Shown here: piece by piece, positions 1-8,797 of the stretch | Numbering within the stretch: the stretch's first letter is position 1 | Layout of the letters: each line of letters opens with the position of its first letter | NCBI GenBank assembly: GCA_965213705.1 | Contig: OZ243913.1 | Location: 416,001 to 480,000, forward strand | DNA: 64,000 nucleotides | Direction of reading: 5' to 3' | Origin: Trueperaceae bacterium | GTDB lineage: Bacteria > Deinococcota > Deinococci > Deinococcales > Trueperaceae | The notes under the pieces: generated by a model | The model's database searches: none | What the model was told of the DNA's origin: nothing | The model's input: only the letters and a program-made list of their open reading frames with translations | Made by a program: the position numbers and the translations under genes

Positions 1-63
1 ATTTTCTTGTTCCAACCGGGTTGGTTTGGCGGGCGTCGTCCCAAAACGGTACTGCGAGCAAGT

Positions 64-1332
64 TCAGTTCGGTAAGGGGTCCGACGGGTGCCGTGGCGGG
101 GTTGCGAAGACAAAAAACATCGAGCCGAGCGCGGCAAGCCCGGACAACACCAAAAAACCCAGGGTGTAAGTGCCGAACCGGTCCGCAAACGCGCCCGCCA
201 AAATCGGCCCGCTGATGGTCCCCAGCGTCACGATGATGTTTGAAAAGCCCAAAATCTGCGCGAACGACGTGCGCCCGAAATAGTCCGCGCGGAGCGACTG
301 CATCAGCGGGCCGCGCAGCCCCCACGCCACGCCGTGGATGACCGCAAAGGCGACGACCCAGGGTAGCGTCTGTCCAAACGCCAAAATCAGCAAACCGACC
401 GCGTGTCCGAACATCGCGCCGGTCGCCAAAAAACGCTTGTTGAAGGCGTCGCCCAAAAAGCCGCCCAGGAGCTGCCCGACCACGCTCATCGTCGTCATGA
501 CGGCGACGAGCGTCGCGGCGAGCTGCAGCGAAAACCCCAAATCCTGCTCCAAGTGCAAAACGAGGTGCGTGAGCACGGCGAACACCACCATGAGCGCGGT
601 CGCGTGACCAAAGGAAAGCAGCCAAAACGCCCTCGTTTGCAAGGCTTCCGTGACGGTAAAGTCGCGTTTTTTTGCGGCGGGTACGCCGGAACCCGGCTCG
701 GGTCGTACGCCGTCGGGCGCCAAGCCGTAGTCCTCGGGGCGGTTGCCGACCAAAAAAGTGAGCGGGATGCCGAGCAGCAAGACGATGACGCCCGTAAAAA
801 ACGCGGTCGAGCGCCAGCCGTTCGCGACCAGCGACCAAGCGACCAACGGCACGAGCAGGCCGCTCGAGCTAAGCCCGGTTTGCAGCAGCGCGAACGCGGT
901 CGAGCGCCGCCGCTCGAACCACTGCGCCGCGACCGAGTTCAGCGTCAAGAACCCTGCAAAACTCGCGCCGACCGAGATGAGCGCGTAAACGAGGTAAAAC
1001 GCCGTGAGCGAGTTCACTCGGCTGAACAACATCAGCGCGACCGAGAAAATGACGATGCCGACGCGCAGAATACTCCGCGCCCCGAAGCGCCCGATGAGCC
1101 AACCCTGGAGCGGCCCCAAAATCCCGCTGCCCGCTTGCTGAATCGAAAAAGCCACCGCGAACGAGGTGCGACTCCAACCGAATTCGGGCTGCATCACCGA
1201 GATGTACGCGCCGAACGACTGCAAGGTAAAGTTCGAGGTCAGAATTTGCAAGCCGAAACAAGCCGCCAGCACCCACCAGCCGTAAAAAACGTTCTCAGCC
1301 CACTGTCTCGTCCGCGCTATCGCCCCAAACAC
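64..1332 (-). CDS. MFS transporter (MCT/OFA-like)
   Basis: 422 aa, about 12 hydrophobic segments, YGWWVL N-terminus, 'GWLIGRFGAR' motif A, 'RADYFGR' loop. Confidence 0.9.
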   Translation of the reverse strand: MFGAIARTRQWAENVFYGWWVLAACFGLQILTSNFTLQSFGAYISVMQPEFGWSRTSFAVAFSIQQAGSGILGPLQGWLIGRFGARSILRVGIVIFSVALMLFSRVNSLTAFYLVYALISVGASFAGFLTLNSVAAQWFERRRSTAFALLQTGLSSSGLLVPLVAWSLVANGWRSTAFFTGVIVLLLGIPLTFLVGNRPEDYGLAPDGVRPEPGSGVPAAKKRDFTVTEALQTRAFWLLSFGHATALMVVFAVLTHLVLHLEQDLGFSLQLAATLVAVMTTMSVVGQLLGGFLGDAFNKRFLATGAMFGHAVGLLILAFGQTLPWVVAFAVIHGVAWGLRGPLMQSLRADYFGRTSFAQILGFSNIIVTLGTISGPILAGAFADRFGTYTLGFLVLSGLAALGSMFFVFATPPRHPSDPLPN

Positions 1333-1441
1333 GAGTGTTTACCTTAACGCGGGCTCTACAGGAGGTGTGTCTTGTACGGCGAACCCCCCGGAAAAGTCCA
1401 CCTAGAAAAGTCGACGGGGCACACCATCAACCACCCGGTTT

Positions 1442-1516
1442 GTCATTCCGGGCGAAGCGGAAGAATCTCGCTTTCACCGTACCTGTAGGGATTCTTTCGC
1501 TAACGCCAAGAATAAC
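1442..1516. repeat. REP/MITE-like long imperfect palindrome (GTCATTC...GAATAAC)
   Basis: GTCATTCCGGGCGAAGCGGAAGAATCTC ... GGGATTCTTTCGCTAACGCCAAGAATAAC; the arms are imperfect reverse complements; intergenic. Confidence 0.6.
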
Positions 1517-1590
1517 GGGTTGGGGGTCGACCCGGATGATGGGTTAGGGCTCGAGCCCTTCGTCACATGGCTCGGGGCCACAAAAGCAAC

Positions 1591-2376
1591 TCAGTCCGGC
1601 GGGTCGTCTCGAGCCTCCAGCTTGTCGAACAGCGTCCGCAGCATCACGCGCTCGGTCACGCCCGGGAGCCAGCGGCCCAGCGCGGCGAAGAGTTTGTTGC
1701 CCGCTCCGGGAACGTAGCGCCGGCGTTTTTGCTGGACGGCGCGAACTATACCTGCGGCCAGCACCTCGGGCGGCATCCTTTTGTGTTCGCGGCGGTTGTC
1801 CGGGCTGTGCTCAGCGGCGTGCGGCGTGCGCGTCGGGCCGGGGAAAACGCTCAGGACGTGAATCCCTTGCGGGGCCAGCGCCACGCCCAAACTGCGGGCG
1901 TAAGCGGTCAGCCCGTCCTTGCTCGCCGCGTAAACCGCCGCGCCCGGATAGCCCACGAAGTGCGACAACGACAAAATGAAAACGACGCTGCTCCCGCGCA
2001 CCAGCACGCCCGCGGCGAGCAACGCCCGCGTGAGCTGCAACGGCGCGCGCAAGTTTACGTCCAGCACGGTGCGCTGTACTCCTAAGTCGGAATGTTCGAA
2101 CGCGCCGACGGCGTTGATGCCCGCACTGTGGACGAGGATGTCCACGGGCTCTGTTCCGAGCGTCGCCGCCAGCTCGTTCAAGTCGGCGGGGTCGGCCAAG
2201 TCCCCGAACAAAAACCGTGGTTCCACCCCCGTCTCAGCCCGGATTTTTTCCGCGACTTCGGCGGCACGCCGTTCGTCCCGGTCGATGCCGACGGTCGCCC
2301 AGCCGAGCGCGGCGTAGCTTTGCAGGAGCGCCGCCCCGATGCCGCTCGCCGCGCCCGTCACGACGACGCTCTTCAC
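1591..2376 (-). CDS. SDR family NAD(P)-dependent oxidoreductase
   Basis: TGAASGIG, HSAG, YAASK motifs. Confidence 0.93.
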   Translation of the reverse strand: MKSVVVTGAASGIGAALLQSYAALGWATVGIDRDERRAAEVAEKIRAETGVEPRFLFGDLADPADLNELAATLGTEPVDILVHSAGINAVGAFEHSDLGVQRTVLDVNLRAPLQLTRALLAAGVLVRGSSVVFILSLSHFVGYPGAAVYAASKDGLTAYARSLGVALAPQGIHVLSVFPGPTRTPHAAEHSPDNRREHKRMPPEVLAAGIVRAVQQKRRRYVPGAGNKLFAALGRWLPGVTERVMLRTLFDKLEARDDPPD

Positions 2377-3116
2377 CCGCGCCTGCGTGCGGCCGCGTCG
2401 ACCACAGCCGGCAAGTAACGCCCAAACGCCCGCAACGTTTTGTTTCCCAAACCCGGCGTGACCGTGTGACGTTTCGACGCGGCAGCCCGGTACACCTCCT
2501 TAGCCACTTCCTCGGCGCTCGAGAACCGTTCGACCTTGAACTTTCCGGCCGGCACACCGCTTTTTCGGTGCATCGGGGTACGAATCGCGCCGGGGTAAAA
2601 GGTCAGCACGCCGACCACGCCGCCAAGCTCGAGCCGCAAGTTCCGCGCAAAACCCGCCAGCGCCGCCTTGGTCGCGCCGTATACCGCATAGTCGGGCGCG
2701 CCCAAGTCCGCAGCGACCGAAGCAACGAACACGACCTTGCCGCCCGCACCTTTGAGCAACGGCAACAGCGCCCGCGTCAGCAAGATGGGGGCGTAAAGGT
2801 TGACCGCTAAAAGTTCCTCCACACTCAGTTCCGACTGCCGCACCGGGTCGCCGTACCAGCCGACCGCCGCGTTGTGGACGAGCAGGTCGAGGTGGTTGAT
2901 GTTGTGAGCGGCCAGCCAAGCCGTAAACGTCTCGGCAACATCGGAACGCCCTAAATCGCAGCGGAGATAGGTCGCTTCAGTAAACAAAGTCTTGTCGAGG
3001 TCTTGCAGGGGTTTTCGGCCGCCGAGAACGAGGTTTGAGTCGCCGGCGTAAAGCCGCGCCAGCTCTAAACCGAGCCCGCTCGTCGCGCCGGTGATGAGGA
3101 CGGTTTTCGGGGTCAT
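2373..3116 (-). CDS. SDR family oxidoreductase
   Basis: TGATSGLG, HNAA, YGATK; 4-bp overlap with the next SDR. Confidence 0.93.
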   Translation of the reverse strand: MTPKTVLITGATSGLGLELARLYAGDSNLVLGGRKPLQDLDKTLFTEATYLRCDLGRSDVAETFTAWLAAHNINHLDLLVHNAAVGWYGDPVRQSELSVEELLAVNLYAPILLTRALLPLLKGAGGKVVFVASVAADLGAPDYAVYGATKAALAGFARNLRLELGGVVGVLTFYPGAIRTPMHRKSGVPAGKFKVERFSSAEEVAKEVYRAAASKRHTVTPGLGNKTLRAFGRYLPAVVDAAARRRG

Positions 3117-3169
3117 GAGGGTTTACTGTACCAAACCCGAGAAACCCCCTCTTCCCCGCTTCACGACCC

Positions 3170-4012
3170 CTACCAACTCCCGCGCGGCTTTCCCCTTTCG
3201 GTGATGCCGGTAAGCCTTTGTTTTATAAGCTTGTCGAAGGGCGCGTGCGTAAGGACATAAAAGGTGTCGGCCTCAACCGCCTCGAAAACGGTTTTGGCGA
3301 TGTCGGCGGGTTCCGTACCGCCCTCGACCAAACCGGAAATCGTGCCCGCCACGCCGACGCTTTTGGGGTCGAGCGTGCGCGGGTCGGTGCGCTCGGTACG
3401 GGCGCGGTTGCGTTCGGACGTGTGGATTTGCGTCTTAACCCAGGCCGGACACAGAACCGACACGCCGACGCTCGAGTCCGCCTCTCGCAAGTCCAGGTAC
3501 AGCGTCTCGCTCAGCGCGACAACCGCGTGCTTGGTCACGCCGTAGGCGTTCATGCGGGCGTTGCTGATGAGTCCGGCAATCGAGGCCGTGTTGACGACGT
3601 GCGCTCCCTCACCGTGCGCCAACATGCGCGGCACGAACGCCTTGACGCCCCACACGACGCTCATCAGGTTGACGCCGACGACCCAGTCCCAGTCGCTCAA
3701 GCTGCTTTCCCACACCGGTTTCGGCGCGCTGCTCACGCCCGCGTTGTTAAAGAGCAGGTGAACCGGGCCGAACCTTTTTTCAGCTGCTTCGGCGAGATGT
3801 TCCACCGCCCCATAATCGCTCACGTCGGTCGGGACGCCCAGGGTGTCGGCACCTGTGGCTTTAAGTTCGGCTTCGACCGTGCTGAGGTCTTGCTCATTGA
3901 TGTCGGCGAGGACGACGTTCATGCCTCGGCTTGCAGCTTCGTGCGCCAGCGCCCGCCCGATGCCGCTGCCCGCGCCCGTGACGACGGCGGTTTTGCCGGC
4001 AAAGTCTTTCAC
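3170..4012 (-). CDS. SDR family oxidoreductase
   Basis: TGAGSGIG, NNAG, YGVTK motifs; SD AAGGAG. Confidence 0.95.
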   Translation of the reverse strand: MKDFAGKTAVVTGAGSGIGRALAHEAASRGMNVVLADINEQDLSTVEAELKATGADTLGVPTDVSDYGAVEHLAEAAEKRFGPVHLLFNNAGVSSAPKPVWESSLSDWDWVVGVNLMSVVWGVKAFVPRMLAHGEGAHVVNTASIAGLISNARMNAYGVTKHAVVALSETLYLDLREADSSVGVSVLCPAWVKTQIHTSERNRARTERTDPRTLDPKSVGVAGTISGLVEGGTEPADIAKTVFEAVEADTFYVLTHAPFDKLIKQRLTGITERGKPRGSW

Positions 4013-4170
4013 AGGCTCCTTTCTACAGACAGCCAGCCCTCGGCGGCCTCACAAAGGTTTGCAAGCAAGCCCCCAAGCGTTTCTCCCTGAGTAGCACAAC
4101 CCGGCAAAGTGGGCACCTCCGCCCAATAATCGCCCTCTTCGGCCTCGTGAACGACGATGTTCGGCTTCAC
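4009..4170 (-). CDS. Short HicB-family (UPF0150) antitoxin-like protein, 53 aa, not in the ORF track
   Basis: Manual translation MKPNIVVHEAEEGDYWAEVPTLPGCATQGETLGGLLANLCEAAEGWLSVERSL*; SD AAAGGAGG 6 nt before GTG; stop overlaps the SDR start (GTGA). Confidence 0.75.
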   Translation of the reverse strand: MKPNIVVHEAEEGDYWAEVPTLPGCATQGETLGGLLANLCEAAEGWLSVERSL

Positions 4171-4224
4171 ACTCATCCTCCTTTTGAAAGTCGGATTTCC
4201 AACAACCCGTGCAGCGTAACGACT

Positions 4225-5241
4225 TCAGCCGCCCGAATCCTCGGACACCTTGACCATCAGCTTGCCTGTTTTGTCGCCGGTAAACAGCTTGTTGATAACG
4301 GTGGGGGCGTTCTCGAGACCCTCTTCGACCGTCGTCTGGTACTGCAGCTTGCCCTCTTGCAGCCACCCGGCCAACTCCTGCACCGCTTGGGCGGCGCGCT
4401 CAAAATAGTCGAGAACCAAAAAGCCCTCTATCTTGGCGCGTTTGCTAATCAAGACCGCCAGGTTGTGAATTCCCGGCCCCGCCTCGGTCGCCGCGTACTG
4501 CGAGATGTAGCCGCACAGCGGCACCCGCGCGCCGATGTTGAGTTGTGGTAGCACCGCGTCCAGGAGCGCGCCGCCGACGTTCTCAAAGTAGATGTCGATG
4601 CCGTCTGGACAAGCTTTGCGCAGACTCTTGTAGACGTTTTCGGTTTTGTAGTTGACGGCGGCGTCCGCGCCGAGTTCGTCACGCAGGTAGGCGCACTTCT
4701 CGTCGCTCCCGGCGATGCCGACGACGCGCAAGCCCTTAATCTTGCCGATTTGACACACCACCGAGCCGACCGCGCCCGCCGCGCCGGACACGACCAGGGT
4801 TTCCCCCACCTGCGGTTTGCCAACGTCGAGCAGCCCGTAGTACGCGGTGATGCCGGTCATGCCGAGCGGCCCCAGGTAAGCCTCCAATGGTACCCCCGTT
4901 CGCGGCAAGGTCTGCAACCCCTTGCCGTCGCTCAGCAAGTATTCTTGCCAGCCCGTCATCCCGCTGACAATGTCGCCTTTTTTGAAGGCCGGGTTTTTGG
5001 ACGCCTCGACCACGCCCAAGCCGCCGCTGCGCATGGTCGCGCCGATTTTTACGGCAGGCAGGTAGCTGTCGGTTTGCGCCCACATGCGCTGGGTCGGGTC
5101 GAGGGACAAGTACAGCACGCGGACGAGAACCTGGCCGTCGCCGAGTTCGGGCACGGCCTCTTCATGCCAGGTGAAGTCTTCGGGTTTGAAGAGGCCTTCG
5201 GGTCGCTGGGCGAGCCGCCACTGGTGGTTGGTCGGGGGCAT
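4225..5241 (-). CDS. NADP-dependent oxidoreductase (MDR; PTGR/CurA-like)
   Basis: YLSLDP, GMTGITAYYG, VSGAAGAVG, DIYFENVGG, GKLMV motifs. Confidence 0.93.
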   Translation of the reverse strand: MPPTNHQWRLAQRPEGLFKPEDFTWHEEAVPELGDGQVLVRVLYLSLDPTQRMWAQTDSYLPAVKIGATMRSGGLGVVEASKNPAFKKGDIVSGMTGWQEYLLSDGKGLQTLPRTGVPLEAYLGPLGMTGITAYYGLLDVGKPQVGETLVVSGAAGAVGSVVCQIGKIKGLRVVGIAGSDEKCAYLRDELGADAAVNYKTENVYKSLRKACPDGIDIYFENVGGALLDAVLPQLNIGARVPLCGYISQYAATEAGPGIHNLAVLISKRAKIEGFLVLDYFERAAQAVQELAGWLQEGKLQYQTTVEEGLENAPTVINKLFTGDKTGKLMVKVSEDSGG

Positions 5242-5315
5242 GGGTTTCCTCCATTACAAGCTCGAGCCTTTGCAAAAAGGGAAAGGTCAACCCTCTCCCC
5301 TTTTCAGGACGCGCG

Positions 5316-6476
5316 TCAGTAGCGGTACACCGCCGCTACCAAGCCTCCGTCGGGTACTTCTTCTTTAAGCACGGCGTAGACTTTGCCACCGTTCAACAGG
5401 GTTTGCACCGCGGCCAAGTCGAGCAGGTCTTCGTCGCCGGACTGCTGTTCGTCGTGCAGTTCCAGGGTGCGGCTGTCGGGGTCGAAGCTGCCCCACTGCT
5501 GTTCGCCCAGGCCGACGACGAGCGTGTCGACGCGCGCGTCCACCGCCGCCAAGACGACCTCGTTCAGGTCGCCGGAGGCCGTGTCCAGGTGCGCCTGCGA
5601 GGCGTATTTCTCCAGCGCTTCTTGTCTGGCCCGGTCGAAGTGCGGCTCGACGACCGCCCAGGCTTTCTCTCGCACCTCGTCGTCGCGCCACTCGTCCGGG
5701 TTGCCGGTGACGGGTTCCGGCATGAGGTGGTTGTAGTGATTGGCCTCCTGGTAGAGGCTGAACAGGTAGTCCACGCCCGCGAACACCAACGGGGTGGTGC
5801 CCTCGTCGAGTTCGTCGGTCACGCCGTTCTCGAGCATCTTGAAATACCGCAAGATGTCCTCTTTTTTGTCGTTGTCGCTCGCGCCCGAGCCGTGAAAGGC
5901 GATGTCGGGCCGCGCCGCGCCCGGTCGACTGCCGGAAACCGCGTGGTACTGCAAGGACTCTTCGGGGTCGTCGAAGCGCAACGCCTCGGCCATGCTCGTC
6001 GGCACGTCGTCGGCAAGCTTGACCTCGGTGACGCTGTACTGCGTCGCCGCGAACAGCCGCGCCTTGTTCAGGCTCACCGCCAGCACGTGAAAACGGCCGT
6101 CGCCGGTCAACATGGGCAGCAGCGGTTTGAGGTGATAGCGCTCGGAGACGACCGTGAGGCTTTCGAACTCGACCGGCAAGCTGTAGGGGTGCGACTCGCC
6201 CTCGCTCAAAAACATGGCGAAGCCGCCGTACTGGTGCTGCCACAGGTCGTCGTCGTCGATAAGGGCCTGCGCCGGCGCGAGCAGCGCGGTCACCTCACGC
6301 GGGCCTAAACCCTTTTCTTCCAGCATCGCCGCGGCCTCTTGCACGCGGTTTTTGAAACGGATGGGGTTCTCGCGGGTGTCGGGGCCGGCCTGGTGCATCG
6401 GCGCGTAGAGCGAAACGGCGTATCCGCCTTTTTGAGCGCTCAGGGCAGTCAGGTCTTCTTTGGTCAGGGTATCCAT
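5316..6476 (-). CDS. Bacterial archaeo-eukaryotic release factor family protein (baeRF3/7-like)
   Basis: Start moved to MDTLTKEDL (SD GAGGAGGA); VSLYAP..PIRFKN, HLKPLLP, GNPD, ARVDTL, DLLDLAAVQTLLNGGKVY, AAVYRY; no GGQ. Confidence 0.8.
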   Translation of the reverse strand: MDTLTKEDLTALSAQKGGYAVSLYAPMHQAGPDTRENPIRFKNRVQEAAAMLEEKGLGPREVTALLAPAQALIDDDDLWQHQYGGFAMFLSEGESHPYSLPVEFESLTVVSERYHLKPLLPMLTGDGRFHVLAVSLNKARLFAATQYSVTEVKLADDVPTSMAEALRFDDPEESLQYHAVSGSRPGAARPDIAFHGSGASDNDKKEDILRYFKMLENGVTDELDEGTTPLVFAGVDYLFSLYQEANHYNHLMPEPVTGNPDEWRDDEVREKAWAVVEPHFDRARQEALEKYASQAHLDTASGDLNEVVLAAVDARVDTLVVGLGEQQWGSFDPDSRTLELHDEQQSGDEDLLDLAAVQTLLNGGKVYAVLKEEVPDGGLVAAVYRY

Positions 6477-6566
6477 AGTGTCCTCCTCATAAACATCGTA
6501 AACGTTCAGGCAGCATGGCACAGCCACACAAAAAGGACTGTAAGGTCGCTCGTTGGGTCCAAAATC

Positions 6567-6598
6567 ACATTGACAAACATCAATGTATTGACTAGAGT
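6567..6598 (+). promoter_or_regulatory. ars promoter TTGACA-N17-TAGAGT with overlapping inverted-repeat operator ACATTGA-N6-TCAATGT
   Basis: -35 at 6570-6575, -10 at 6593-6598, perfect 7-bp IR at 6567-6586; GTG start lies 6 nt after the -10. Confidence 0.8.
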
Positions 6599-6604
6599 AG
6601 TTTT

Positions 6605-6940
6605 GTGCCTCGAGTCCTGTTGCCCCCGGCCGCCGCCCCAAACACCTCGCTCACGGCCGAGGTCCGCACCTTCAAGGCGCTCGCCGACGAGGCGCGGCTC
6701 AAGATTTTGGCGCACCTCGTCAGCCAAGACGCCCGCTGCTGCACGCCCGGTGAAAGCGTGTGCGCCTGCGACTTGGAGGGCGTTACCGGCTTGTCCCAAC
6801 CCACCGTCAGCCACCACATGAAGGTGCTGATACAGGCCGAACTCGTCAGCGGCGAAAAGCGCGGCCGTTGGATGTACTACCGCGTCGACCCACAGGGTTT
6901 GGAGCTTGCCAAAGCAGCCCTGACGAGGCTCGGCGGCTAA
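6605..6940 (+). CDS. arsR: ArsR/SmtB family metalloregulator
   Basis: FKALADEARLKIL, CC..VCACDL, LSQPTVSHHMKVL, GRWMYY. Confidence 0.9.
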   Translation: MPRVLLPPAAAPNTSLTAEVRTFKALADEARLKILAHLVSQDARCCTPGESVCACDLEGVTGLSQPTVSHHMKVLIQAELVSGEKRGRWMYYRVDPQGLELAKAALTRLGG

Positions 6941-6955
6941 AAATTTTCGACTCAC

Positions 6956-6975
6956 ACATCGACACAGTTCAATAT
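6956..6975 (+). promoter_or_regulatory. Second, degenerate ArsR operator copy ACATCGA-N6-TCAATAT
   Basis: 12 of 14 arm positions match the promoter operator, same 6-nt spacer; directly before the SD of the next gene. Confidence 0.6.
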
Positions 6976-6986
6976 GGAGGGAAACC

Positions 6987-7475
6987 ATGAACACCCAAAT
7001 CTTTTTGGACGAATTGAAAGAATTGAACCCCGACCTGAGCCTCATCTTCCGCTACGGCGGGGAAACGGTGAGTCCCGGCTACCACGTCACCGAAATTATG
7101 AACACGCTTTACGAGTCGGTGGACTGCGGCGGACAGGCGAACACCTGGCGCGAGACCGTCGTCCAGCTCCAGGGTCCGCGCGCTGACGACGCGCCCGCGT
7201 TTATGACGGTCGGGAAGTTTTTGAGCATTTACGGGCGTGTCACCCAAAGCTTGGCGGTGCAAGACGAGGCTGAACTGAGGCTCGAGTACGGCGACCCCGC
7301 CACGCCCGCGCTGCGCTATCACGTGACGGCGGTCGAGCCTCGAAACAACGCCGTAACCGTCAACCTCACACCGCCGGGCGTAACTTGCAAGGCGCGGGGC
7401 CGCGTGCAAACCAGTTCGACAGGGGCGGACATGACGCTGCTCGAGGTCGCCGACCCACAAAAGGCTTGCTGCTGA
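6987..7475 (+). CDS. DUF6428-like ars-associated Cys-containing protein
   Basis: GYHVTEI..SVDCGG...W.ETVVQL, TCKA, C-terminal CC; SD GGAGG. Confidence 0.75.
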   Translation: MNTQIFLDELKELNPDLSLIFRYGGETVSPGYHVTEIMNTLYESVDCGGQANTWRETVVQLQGPRADDAPAFMTVGKFLSIYGRVTQSLAVQDEAELRLEYGDPATPALRYHVTAVEPRNNAVTVNLTPPGVTCKARGRVQTSSTGADMTLLEVADPQKACC

Positions 7476-7567
7476 AGAGTCTTGTACAGTAAGCGTGTGA
7501 TTCACTCCCGCCCAGCGGTCGCGCTGACAAGTCGCGTTGCCAAAAGGACGACCGTGAAGGGACGGCC

Positions 7568-8797
7568 GTGACCCGCTACTACGGCTGGCGCATGGTCTGG
7601 GCTTTGGCCGTCACGCAGACGGTTGGCTTCGGCGTGCTTTACTACGCCTTTAGCGTGTTTATCGCGCCGATGGAAGCCGAGCTGGGCTGGACGCGGACGC
7701 AAACGTCGGGCGCGTTCTCGCTCGCGCTGCTGCTGTCGGGCGTCGGGGCGCTGCCCGCCGGGCGTTTTGTCGACAAGCACGGCGCGCGCGGACTCATGAC
7801 CGTGGGCTCGCTGCTCGGGGCGCTCCTCGTGTTCGCCTGGTCGGGCGTCCAGAGCTTGAGCGTTTTCTACCTCGTCCAGGGCGCTATCGGCTTGGTGGTG
7901 GCGGCGGTGTTGTACGACGTGGCGTTTACAGTAGTCACCGTGTGGTTTCGGCGCGACCGCGCATCCGCCCTCCTCGTCGTCACGCTCGTGGCAGGGTTGG
8001 CAAGCACGATTTTTATTCCGCTCACGACGTTTTTGACTGAAGTCTTCGGCTGGCGCGACGCGCTAAAAGTTTTGGCCCTCGTTCTCGGGTTGACGACGGT
8101 GCCGCTGCACGCGCTCGTGTTGCGGCGGCGTCCGCGGGATTTGGGCCTCGAGCCCGACGGCGTCTCACCGACGACCTCTCCCCTGCTCCCCGAGCGCAGC
8201 GTCCGCCCTGCCCAAGCCCTGCGCGCGCCGAGCTTTTGGTGGCTCTCGAGCGCCTTTTCTTTGTCCCGAGTAACGATGGTTGCCGTCGCCGCGCACCTCG
8301 TCCCACTGCTTTCAGAGCGCGGTTTCGCGCCGACGACGGTTGCCGCCGCCGCCGGTTCCGTGGGACTTTTTCAGCTCGCGGGCCGCCTTTTTTTTACGCC
8401 CGCCACCGGCCGCGTGCCGCTCACGACCCTCACCGCGGCCACTTTCAGCTTTCACGTCGCCGCGCTGCTCGTTTTGCTCCTCATGCCGGGGCTGACAAGC
8501 ATTTGGCTGTTTGCCGCCCTGTTCGGGATGGCGAACGGCGCGGGCACACTTGCCAGGGCCGCCCTCGTCGCCGACACCTTTGGCGCGGGCCACTACGGCA
8601 GCATCAACGGGGCAATGGCGACGCTTATCGCCGTGGTGCAGACCGTCGCCCCTTTGGGCGCGGGTGCGCTGCACGACACGTTCGGGAGCTACACCCCGGT
8701 GTTGTGGGTGCTCGTCGGGGTCTCGAGCCTCGCTGCGCTGCTCGTCGCGCAAGTTCAGCCTCACAAAGAAGAGGGTGAAGCCGCCTATGCCGACTGA
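7568..8797 (+). CDS. MFS efflux transporter, ArsK-like
   Basis: 12-TM MFS; N-terminus WALAVTQTVGFGVLYYAF, TLVAGLASTIFIPLT; ars operon context. Confidence 0.75.
   Translation: MTRYYGWRMVWALAVTQTVGFGVLYYAFSVFIAPMEAELGWTRTQTSGAFSLALLLSGVGALPAGRFVDKHGARGLMTVGSLLGALLVFAWSGVQSLSVFYLVQGAIGLVVAAVLYDVAFTVVTVWFRRDRASALLVVTLVAGLASTIFIPLTTFLTEVFGWRDALKVLALVLGLTTVPLHALVLRRRPRDLGLEPDGVSPTTSPLLPERSVRPAQALRAPSFWWLSSAFSLSRVTMVAVAAHLVPLLSERGFAPTTVAAAAGSVGLFQLAGRLFFTPATGRVPLTTLTAATFSFHVAALLVLLLMPGLTSIWLFAALFGMANGAGTLARAALVADTFGAGHYGSINGAMATLIAVVQTVAPLGAGALHDTFGSYTPVLWVLVGVSSLAALLVAQVQPHKEEGEAAYAD

Noticed and set aside
4049..4366. ORF-track 105-aa ORF, and a possible frameshift in the HicB-like gene
   Set aside because: Re-reading shows the HicB frame 4170-4009 is intact; the listed ORF is a different, non-coding frame.
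8511..8786. N-terminal extension of arsN
   Set aside because: It overlaps the MFS gene out of frame; the GNAT domain begins at ATG 8787.
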